Virus record (IMG/VR): IMGVR_UViG_2526164629_000022
Strand: one strand, 5' to 3'
Length of the DNA stretch: 6,850 nucleotides
Origin: a virus
Taxonomy: Duplodnaviria > Heunggongvirae > Uroviricota > Caudoviricetes
The translations under genes and the position numbers were made by a program. The notes beneath the pieces were generated by a model. That model was not told where the DNA came from and made no database searches. It saw nothing but the letters and a program-made list of their open reading frames with translations. How positions within the stretch are numbered: position 1 is the stretch's first letter; the number at the start of each line of letters is the position of its first letter. Of this stretch, positions 1 to 5,089 are shown piece after piece.

Positions 1-1074
1 TCATTTGTCGATTTCAATTTTGTCCCATTCCCGTCCACGGCTGTCTCTATACCGCGCCGCCATTGAATCTGATTTATGCCCGAGAAGACGTTGAGCAAAT
101 TTATCGCCAATCTGGTTCCGGTATAGCCTCGCTGACAGGCTACGCAGTTCATGGAATGTTGGCGGGTTTCCATCAAATGAGAGTCCAGATGCATTTCTCG
201 CCTTTGTAAAATACTTTGATACTGTTTTCGGGGAAAGAGGATCGTAATGCTTTGATGCGATTATAGTTTCACTGCTGCTGGCCTCCCTGCATTTCTGTAG
301 TGTATCAGCCAATGAGATATTGAGCGCGTCAATCGTTAGCGTTAGCGGAATGGCGAGTTTAGCCCCTGTTTTACTCTGTTCAATGTGAAGATGGTTGTCG
401 TTTATGTCTGACCATTTCATTCTGCACAAATCGCCGACTCTCTGCCCTGTAACGACGGCCAAATCCATCGCCAGCCTTAGCCAGATAGGGAGAGGTTCGG
501 CTGCATGGTAAATCTCGACATACTCATTAGCTGTCAGCCTTGAGCGCCTTACTTCTGACTTTGCTGTACGGGTTGCTGTTACCGGATTCGTTGCCACATG
601 CCCCTCGGCTATTGCTTCACGAAAAACGTCAACAAGGGTTGACCTGATTAATTTTGCGGAAGCTGCTTTACCTTCTGCTACGTAGGTGTTTAGCATTGCT
701 GCCACTTCTTTCGTTGATATGTCAGTGAGCGGTTTGTCCGGCAATTTTCTTCGGATTGCCCTGATTTTGCTGGCGTAGTCGAGTAGAGTTTTCGGCCTGA
801 TCCCCCTTTCGGTGAGGATTGTTTCATATCGGTCAAGCCACACATGAAGAGTGATTGCGTCACCGCCTTTAATTCTGTCTATTAGTGATTTGCGTCCGCT
901 GTCTGAGAGTAACTCAATATTGGCCTGTATTGCTTCAGTGATTGCTATCCTCCTGTCTCGGCCTAAACCAAACTCTTTACCCGTCCTTGGGTCCCTGTAG
1001 CAGTAATATCCATTGTTTCTTATATAAAGGTTAGGGGGTAAATCCCGGCGCTCATGACTTCGCCTTCTTCCCAT
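1..1074 (-). CDS. int: Tyrosine-type site-specific integrase, lambda Int family (357 aa, complete; stop codon at 1-3)
   Basis: Translation MGRRRSHERRDLPPNLYIRNNGYYCYRDPRTGKEFGLGRDRRIAITEAIQANIEL... ending ...HELRSLSARLYRNQIGDKFAQRLLGHKSDSMAARYRDSRGREWDKIEID is collinear with lambda Int as I recall it, including the C-terminal catalytic region. At 357 aa it is one residue longer than lambda Int, so it may be closer to an HK022-type integrase. The start overlaps the 3' end of xis, as in lambda. Confidence 0.96.
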   Translation of the reverse strand: MGRRRSHERRDLPPNLYIRNNGYYCYRDPRTGKEFGLGRDRRIAITEAIQANIELLSDSGRKSLIDRIKGGDAITLHVWLDRYETILTERGIRPKTLLDYASKIRAIRRKLPDKPLTDISTKEVAAMLNTYVAEGKAASAKLIRSTLVDVFREAIAEGHVATNPVTATRTAKSEVRRSRLTANEYVEIYHAAEPLPIWLRLAMDLAVVTGQRVGDLCRMKWSDINDNHLHIEQSKTGAKLAIPLTLTIDALNISLADTLQKCREASSSETIIASKHYDPLSPKTVSKYFTKARNASGLSFDGNPPTFHELRSLSARLYRNQIGDKFAQRLLGHKSDSMAARYRDSRGREWDKIEIDK

Positions 1075-1270
1075 TTCTGATCCTCTTCAAAAGGCTACCT
1101 GTTACTGGTCGATTTAAGTCAACCTTTACCGCTGATTCGTGGAACAGATACTCTCTTCCATCCTTAACCGGAGGAGGGAATATCCTGCATTCGCGCACCC
1201 ATCGACGAACTGTTTCAAGGCTTCTTGGGCGTCGCTGGCGAGCGTTCCACTCCTGAAGTGTCAAGTACAT
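1052..1270 (-). CDS. xis: Excisionase Xis (72 aa)
   Basis: From the internal ATG at 1268-1270 the product is MYLTLQEWNARQRRPRSLETVRRWVRECRIFPPPVKDGREYLFHESAVKVDLNRPVTGSLLKRIRNGKKAKS, matching lambda Xis in sequence and length. GGAG lies 9 nt upstream of this ATG. The longer 102-aa track ORF (to 1360) is an upstream extension, and the 3' end overlaps the int start by 23 nt. Confidence 0.93.
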   Translation of the reverse strand: MYLTLQEWNARQRRPRSLETVRRWVRECRIFPPPVKDGREYLFHESAVKVDLNRPVTGSLLKRIRNGKKAKS

Positions 1271-1282
1271 CGCAAAGTCTCC

Positions 1283-1296
1283 GCAATTACACGCAA
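1283..1296 (-). promoter_or_regulatory. cII-type activator site TTGCGTGTAATTGC (TTGC-N6-TTGC) just upstream of the xis start; probable pI-like int promoter region
   Basis: The minus strand reads TTGC GTGTAA TTGC, a perfect tetranucleotide direct repeat with 6-nt spacing. Lambda cII binds TTGC-N6-TTGC flanking the -35 region of pRE, pI and paQ, and pI lies at the xis 5' end. The -10 element and transcript start were not located. Confidence 0.5.
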
Positions 1297-1318
1297 GAAA
1301 AAGCCGCATTGATGCGGC
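1295..1318 (-). terminator. Rho-independent terminator (minus strand) between the 114-aa ORF and xis
   Basis: Minus strand reads GCCGCA-tcaa-TGCGGC followed by TTTTTCTT: a perfect 6-bp GC-rich stem with a 4-nt loop and a U-tract. Confidence 0.6.
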
Positions 1319-1353
1319 GATGGTAGGTCTGGATATCATTGAGCAATGAACAG

Positions 1354-1372
1354 GCCTCACCGAGTGTGAGGC
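1354..1372. other. Perfect 7-bp inverted repeat GCCTCAC-cgagt-GTGAGGC immediately 3' of the 114-aa ORF stop
   Basis: Palindromic stem-loop seen directly in the sequence. There is no U-tract after it on the minus strand, so it is more likely an RNA stability or processing hairpin, or a protein-binding palindrome, than a terminator. Confidence 0.4.
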
Positions 1373-1387
1373 GGTGTTATTTCATGG

Positions 1388-1732
1388 TTAGTCCTTGCGT
1401 AGCTCGCTGATTCTTCTGTAAGTCTCTGGTGCTTTGTTTCCGTGTATCTTCATTTCAGACTTCAACAGAGCAACGAGGGAATCCCATTCGTTGAGGATTC
1501 CTTTGAATGCCGGAACGCGCTTTGCAACCTTGTTGAATGAATCTCTGATTTCTGGAATCTGCTCAACAAGTGCAACGCATCGTCTGAAATCGGCTGCGTC
1601 ATGGGGAGCGCCGAAGTGATGACCATAGATATTCTTTTTCAGTCCACATGCGATTGAGGCAAGAGTTGCGCTACTGATGCCAACATCGCCAGTCGATTGC
1701 CATTTCAAAACCTTCATAGCCAAATCTGACAT
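1388..1732 (-). CDS. Hypothetical protein, 114 aa, no family recognised
   Basis: Single clean ORF (MSDLAMKVLKWQSTGDVGISS...RRISELRKD) with GGAG 9 nt upstream of the ATG. It has no counterpart that I recognise in lambda, where ea8.5 occupies this position. Confidence 0.7.
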   Translation of the reverse strand: MSDLAMKVLKWQSTGDVGISSATLASIACGLKKNIYGHHFGAPHDAADFRRCVALVEQIPEIRDSFNKVAKRVPAFKGILNEWDSLVALLKSEMKIHGNKAPETYRRISELRKD

Positions 1733-1746
1733 TTCTTGTCTCCAAT

Positions 1747-1768
1747 AAAAAAACCGCCATCAGGCGGC
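1747..1768 (-). terminator. Rho-independent terminator (minus strand) directly abutting the RBS of the 114-aa ORF
   Basis: Minus strand reads CCGCC-tgat-GGCGG followed by TTTTTTTT, then attGGAGacaagaaATG. This is a 5-bp GC stem plus an 8-nt U-tract. Confidence 0.65.
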
Positions 1769-1814
1769 TTGGTGTTCTTTCAGTTCTTCAATTCGAATAT
1801 TGGTTACATTGTTT

Positions 1815-2012
1815 TCATATATGAATAAATAAATTAGCTTTTTTCGTTGCCTTCGCGTTCTTTATTAATTTTGACAAAATCGTTTTTACCACGCTCTCCA
1901 AATGCGTCTTTAGAGTCGTTGTATCCGCAATCGCAGCACACATAATCATCAGACCATCCACGCATTGTTTTTCTTTTGCAATATTTCCAGAACCGCATTT
2001 TGGACAAGACAT
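1815..2012 (-). CDS. Small Cys-rich protein, putative zinc-ribbon, 66 aa as read; reading frame uncertain
   Basis: ATG at 2010-2012 is preceded by GGAGG with a 7-nt spacer. The product MSCPKCGSGNIAKEKQCVDG... starts with a CxxC pair. The track ORF start at 2045 is a TTG and is rejected. The -1 frame carries a second Cys pair (see findings). The 3' part lies in a markedly AT-rich stretch. Confidence 0.5.
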   Translation of the reverse strand: MSCPKCGSGNIAKEKQCVDGLMIMCAAIADTTTLKTHLESVVKTILSKLIKNAKATKKANLFIHI

Positions 2013-2108
2013 ATCACTACCTCCAAAGCATGAGAGAGATGACAACGTAACATTGATTGGAGATTAACAATAGATTGCTGATGTAAAAGATATGTATAAG
2101 CTTAGCTA

Positions 2109-2960
2109 TCAAAGAGGAGGTTCTGGTAGTTGCATCCAGTCGGTTACATTGCGACTCTGTGTTTCGAAAAATTCATCACCATTGCGGACAATATCGAAAA
2201 ACTCTCCGTCTCGATATTGCGCATAAAGAACGAATGCGCCATCACATAAAATAATTACGTGCTGACCATCATCTGGCATTAGCTCACTACAGCTTATCCA
2301 ACCATCCGGAGTTACCGGATAGTTGCCCGATAGTGCATTCTGCTCCAGTGATGCTTTTACAAACCACGCTGCCTGAACTATAACGCCATGAATCCAGCGC
2401 AAATCAGCATCGCGATCTTTCTTTTTCATCTTTTCGCCACTTAAGGCCTTGCTTATGTGGCTGCGTACCAGGTCTTCATGTAATTCCTTCGCCTCCTCAA
2501 TGGTGAAACCACCAGGCAGAAGAGCCGGAGTTACCGGAGAGCTGGTTGACGCTTCCGGGATTTTCCGAAAATTATTGGTTGACGAATCTTTATTTTCCCG
2601 AAAGTTTCCGGACTGAAGCATGGCTTCGCGGCAATCGTTCCAGCCTGTAGCGTATGCAGTCGCTTTGCTGCTGCCTTCAACTGGCGCATCCTGCCAATAC
2701 ATTTCTTCCGGCACTATCGGCGCTGGAGGGGCGGCAAATAGATATCCGCCAAAGTCAGGAAGCTCTCTAATGGCCTGTACGAATTTTTGTTTGCCTACGT
2801 CAACCCCTAATGGGTAATGAGCTATAATCTTTGCCACCGGCTCTGCTTCCAGCGATGCCAGCGCAATCCGTGCCAGTTCCATTTGTTCGCCACGAGTAAG
2901 CCCGTTTTCAAGCGGATTTTTAATGAACAATTCAATACGTTCTTTGGTAATAGTGGTCAT
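2109..2960 (-). CDS. DUF551-type prophage protein (Ea22-like C-terminal module), 283 aa
   Basis: The C-terminal segment DGWISCSELMPDDGQHVIILCDGAFVLYAQYRDGEFFDIVRNGDEFFETQSRNVTDWMQLPEPP has the pattern I associate with DUF551 domains of lambdoid Ea22-like proteins. AGGA lies 8 nt upstream of the ATG, and the middle region is low-complexity and Pro/Ser-rich. Family assignment is from memory, not a search. Confidence 0.7.
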   Translation of the reverse strand: MTTITKERIELFIKNPLENGLTRGEQMELARIALASLEAEPVAKIIAHYPLGVDVGKQKFVQAIRELPDFGGYLFAAPPAPIVPEEMYWQDAPVEGSSKATAYATGWNDCREAMLQSGNFRENKDSSTNNFRKIPEASTSSPVTPALLPGGFTIEEAKELHEDLVRSHISKALSGEKMKKKDRDADLRWIHGVIVQAAWFVKASLEQNALSGNYPVTPDGWISCSELMPDDGQHVIILCDGAFVLYAQYRDGEFFDIVRNGDEFFETQSRNVTDWMQLPEPPL

Positions 2961-2970
2961 TTGTTAGTCC

Positions 2971-3726
2971 TTAAAGTGCTAGTTGCAATTGCATTTCAAA
3001 GCGGTCGCGTTGTTCACAATACGCAAGAGAACCAGGGCTATTGTGTGCCTCAATCCGTTCTACCATTAATGCTGCGCGTGTCTCTTTACTTGCAGGTGCA
3101 TAAGCCCCAGACCAGGCTTTATCAATACCGATGTTTCGAGCGACGTTCGTACTATCTGCGCTGGCTAAGGGTAATTTTGTGAATATCAGCGGATTTAACA
3201 TGCGCAATCCATGTAGTTTCGTAACCGGCTGACCATGCCCATCAACAATGTGACGAATCAGGTCTTTCATTCTGGCTACCGCAAGAGTTGGGCGCTTTAC
3301 GTCATAGTCGCCACAACTACCGATAGCCACTCGCGGAAACTCATTGCACAAATGAATAAATCGCTCGTCACTTTCATTCATGTGCCACACTGGAACGCCA
3401 GCTAGTTTTCCGTGAGGCCACTCATTCAGAAGCGCATCATTTTCCTCCTCTCCGCCATCAATAACATCCGGGATAATGGCAAAATCGAATCCTGGGTGAT
3501 TCTTCCAGCGAGCAACAAACTCGTAGTAATCGCTCCAGTCGATTTTGTTTTTGCCAGCTGCTTTCCAGGCGGTGAATGCACCGTTGTCCAGCGCGAACGA
3601 CTGACAGTATTCAGCCGCGAGATTGATCTGGCCTGAATGCGCAAAACTGATAAACGCATGTCGCCCTTTCCATGCTCTCATTGCGCACGTATCAGGAGTA
3701 ATAGGCCCACCGTGGTAGTGAATCAT
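2971..3726 (-). CDS. TGT-fold protein, candidate DpdA-like 7-deazaguanine DNA transglycosylase (252 aa from the ATG at 3726)
   Basis: Starting at MIHYHGGPITPDT (GGAG 6-7 nt upstream), the protein shows, in the same order as bacterial tRNA-guanine transglycosylase: ALDNGAF (compare LTDSGGF), DFAIIPD (compare DIVMIFD), VAIGSCG (compare YAVGGLAVG), KLHGL (compare YLMGVG) and ADSTNVARNIG (compare FDCVMPTRNARNG). It lacks the C-terminal CxCxxC...H zinc subdomain, as reported for DpdA. This is motif-level recognition by eye. The track ORF's earlier start at 3768 would overlap the upstream gene. Confidence 0.5.
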   Translation of the reverse strand: MIHYHGGPITPDTCAMRAWKGRHAFISFAHSGQINLAAEYCQSFALDNGAFTAWKAAGKNKIDWSDYYEFVARWKNHPGFDFAIIPDVIDGGEEENDALLNEWPHGKLAGVPVWHMNESDERFIHLCNEFPRVAIGSCGDYDVKRPTLAVARMKDLIRHIVDGHGQPVTKLHGLRMLNPLIFTKLPLASADSTNVARNIGIDKAWSGAYAPASKETRAALMVERIEAHNSPGSLAYCEQRDRFEMQLQLAL

Positions 3727-3727
3727 C

Positions 3728-4056
3728 TCACTCTCCTTTGATGCGAATGCCAGTAGCGCGGATTGCATCGATGACTTCAGAAACTTTGTATGCCATTACC
3801 GTTTGGTAATCATCGTGAAAATCTGTTCGATGAAGCATGCTGCTACGTTCCGGGAGCAGTATTTCCCGCGCTTCCAGTTCTGCAATGCGCTTTTTTGCTG
3901 CTTCCAGTTCATCCAGTAATTCCAGCACGGTAGCCGGATTAGCCTTGGCAACAAAATCCCGGACTGGCTTACAATCAATCTCCGCAATGGGTTGATACGA
4001 TGTGTAGCCATGCTGTCTTGTATAACTACCGTGACGAATAACGAAAAAATCACCAT
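3728..4056 (-). pseudogene. Ea22-like N-terminal coiled-coil protein, interrupted by a -1 frameshift at an A6/T6 run (plus 4044-4049); about 109 aa if repaired
   Basis: The ATG at 4054-4056 opens a frame that turns to nonsense after MVIF. The adjacent frame reads as continuous protein-like sequence, FFVIRHGSYTRQHGYTSYQPIAEIDCKPVRDFVAKANPATVLELLDELEAAKKRIAELEAREILLPERSS...IRIKGE, with no start codon of its own before the GTG at 3928. One extra T in the minus-strand T6 run joins the two frames. Confidence 0.5.
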
Positions 4057-4134
4057 TTATTTTTTAGCCTGCCACTTATCTTCACCGGCTTTCTCTGCCG
4101 CTTCACGCAGTGCCTGAGAGTTAATTTCGCTCAC
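4057..4134 (-). CDS. Possible 25-aa small ORF (MSEINSQALREAAEKAGEDKWQAKK), GTG start
   Basis: The GTG start overlaps the TraR-like stop as GTGA, with AGAGAGG 6 nt upstream. Its TAA stop is immediately followed by the ATG of the Ea22-like gene (TAAATG). The short length makes this speculative. Confidence 0.25.
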   Translation of the reverse strand: MSEINSQALREAAEKAGEDKWQAKK

Positions 4135-4352
4135 TTCGAACCTCTCTGTTTACTGATAAGCTCCAGATCCTCCTGGCAACTTGCACAAGTCCGACAACCC
4201 TGAACGACCAGGCGTCTTCGTTCATCTATGGGATCGCCACACTCACAACAATGAGTGGCGGATATAGTCTGGTAGTTCAGACGACGCATTTTTATTGCTG
4301 TATTGCGCTGTAATTCTTCAATTTCTGATGCTGAATCAATGATGTCCGCCAT
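4131..4352 (-). CDS. TraR/DksA-family C4 zinc-finger protein (73 aa)
   Basis: Carries the motif CCECGDPIDERRRLVVQGCRTCASC, that is CxxC-x17-CxxC with a conserved G/P and Arg cluster. This matches F-plasmid TraR and phage TraR-like proteins, which act as RNA polymerase secondary-channel binders. The length also matches TraR. Confidence 0.8.
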   Translation of the reverse strand: MADIIDSASEIEELQRNTAIKMRRLNYQTISATHCCECGDPIDERRRLVVQGCRTCASCQEDLELISKQRGSK

Positions 4353-4401
4353 CTTTCATTAATCCCTGAATTGTTGGTTAATACGCTTGAGGGTAAATGC
4401 G

Positions 4402-4428
4402 AATAATAAAAAAGGAGCCTGTAGCTCC
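4402..4428 (-). terminator. Rho-independent terminator (minus strand) between the 71-93 aa ORF and the TraR-like gene
   Basis: Minus strand reads GGAGC-tacag-GCTCC followed by TTTTTTATTATT: a 5-bp stem plus a U-rich tract, starting 22 nt after the upstream stop codon. Confidence 0.55.
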
Positions 4429-4450
4429 CTGATGATTTTGCTTTTCATGT

Positions 4451-4732
4451 TCACCGTTCCTTAAAAACGCCGTTTAACATGCCGATTGCCAGGCTTAAAT
4501 GAGTCGGTGTGAATCCCATCAGCGTTACCGTTTCGCGGTGCTTCTTCAGTACGCTACGGCAAATGTCATCGACGTTTTTATCCGGAAACTGCTGTCTGGC
4601 TTTTTTGATTTCAGAATTAGCCTGACGGGCAATGCTGCGAAGGGCGTTTTCCTGCTGAGGTGTCACTGAACAAGCCCCATGTCGGCAAGCATAAGCACAC
4701 AGAATATGAAGCCCGCTGCCAGAAAAATGCAT
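4451..4732 (-). CDS. Hypothetical small protein in the position of lambda orf61; start ambiguous (ATG 4732 gives 93 aa, GTG 4666 gives 71 aa)
   Basis: The C-terminal 71 aa (VTPQQENALRSIARQANSEIKKARQQFPDKNVDDICRSVLKKHRETVTLMGFTPTHLSLAIGMLNGVFKER) read as protein-like. The N-terminal 22 aa from the ATG (MHFSGSGLHILCAYACRHGACS) overlap an alternative small hydrophobic ORF in another frame. Confidence 0.6.
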   Translation of the reverse strand: MHFSGSGLHILCAYACRHGACSVTPQQENALRSIARQANSEIKKARQQFPDKNVDDICRSVLKKHRETVTLMGFTPTHLSLAIGMLNGVFKER

Positions 4733-4746
4733 TCAGTGGTTGTCAT
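4663..4746 (-). CDS. Possible 27-aa hydrophobic peptide (MTTTECIFLAAGFIFCVLMLADMGLVQ)
   Basis: Its ATG overlaps the orf63-like stop as ATGA, and its TGA overlaps the GTG at 4666 as GTGA. The composition resembles a single-pass membrane peptide. It conflicts with the N-terminal extension of the 93-aa ORF. Confidence 0.3.
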   Translation of the reverse strand: MTTTECIFLAAGFIFCVLMLADMGLVQ

Positions 4747-4934
4747 ACCTGGTCTCTTTCATCTGCTTCTGCTTTCGCCACCATCATTTCCAGCTTTTGT
4801 GAAAGGGATGTGGCTAACGTATGAAATTCTTCGTCTGTTTCTACTGGTATTGGCACAAACCTGACTCCAATTTGAGCAAGGCTATGTGCCATCTCAATAC
4901 TCGTTCTTAACTCAACAGGAGATGCTTTGTGCAT
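4743..4934 (-). CDS. Lambda orf63-like small protein (63 aa)
   Basis: [63 protein letters not shown], with GGGAGG 4 nt upstream of the ATG. Its size, position and 28-nt overlap with the next gene match the lambda orf63/orf60a arrangement as I recall it. Confidence 0.7.
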   Translation of the reverse strand: MHKASPVELRTSIEMAHSLAQIGVRFVPIPVETDEEFHTLATSLSQKLEMMVAKAEADERDQV

Positions 4935-5089
4935 ACCGCCTCCCGTTTATTATTTATCTTCTCAGCCAGCCGCTGTGCTTTCAGTGGATTTCTGATAACA
5001 GAAAGGCCGGGAAATACCCAGCCTCGCTTTGTAACGGAGTAGACGAAAGTGATCGCGCCTACCCGGATATTATCGTGAGGATGCGTCAT
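4907..5089 (-). CDS. Lambda orf60a-like small protein (60 aa)
   Basis: The ATG at 5087-5089 overlaps the exo stop as ATGA, and the product is [60 protein letters not shown]. The track start at 5095 adds two residues (MA) and is less likely. Confidence 0.65.
   Translation of the reverse strand: MTHPHDNIRVGAITFVYSVTKRGWVFPGLSVIRNPLKAQRLAEKINNKREAVCTKHLLLS

Noticed and set aside
1271-1360. N-terminal 30-codon extension of the xis ORF (track start at 1360)
   Set aside because: Lambda Xis is 72 aa and starts at MYLTLQ, which has GGAG 9 nt upstream. The extension would read through the terminator and cII site.
1434-1619. Plus-strand 61-aa ORF
   Set aside because: Lies entirely antisense within the minus-strand 114-aa ORF, with no RBS and a low-complexity product. 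All coherent genes here are on the minus strand.
2013-2045. TTG start at 2045 for the Cys-rich ORF
   Set aside because: An ATG with a strong GGAGG RBS lies 33 nt downstream at 2012; the TTG has no RBS.
2620-3182. Plus-strand ORFs of 65 and 121 aa
   Set aside because: Antisense to the DUF551 and TGT-like genes. The products are Cys/Arg-rich junk-like and there is no sign of a rightward transcription unit.
3412-3659. ORFs of 74 aa (plus) and 77 aa (minus) inside the TGT-like gene
   Set aside because: Alternative-frame or antisense ORFs nested in a longer, motif-bearing CDS.
3796-4056. 86-aa minus-strand ORF as given in the track
   Set aside because: Only its ATG and first four codons look real. 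The rest is the out-of-frame reading of the Ea22-like gene, reinterpreted above as the 5' part of a frameshifted gene.
4679-4864. Plus-strand 61-aa ORF
   Set aside because: Antisense to the orf63-like gene and the 4451-4732 ORF, with no supporting signals.
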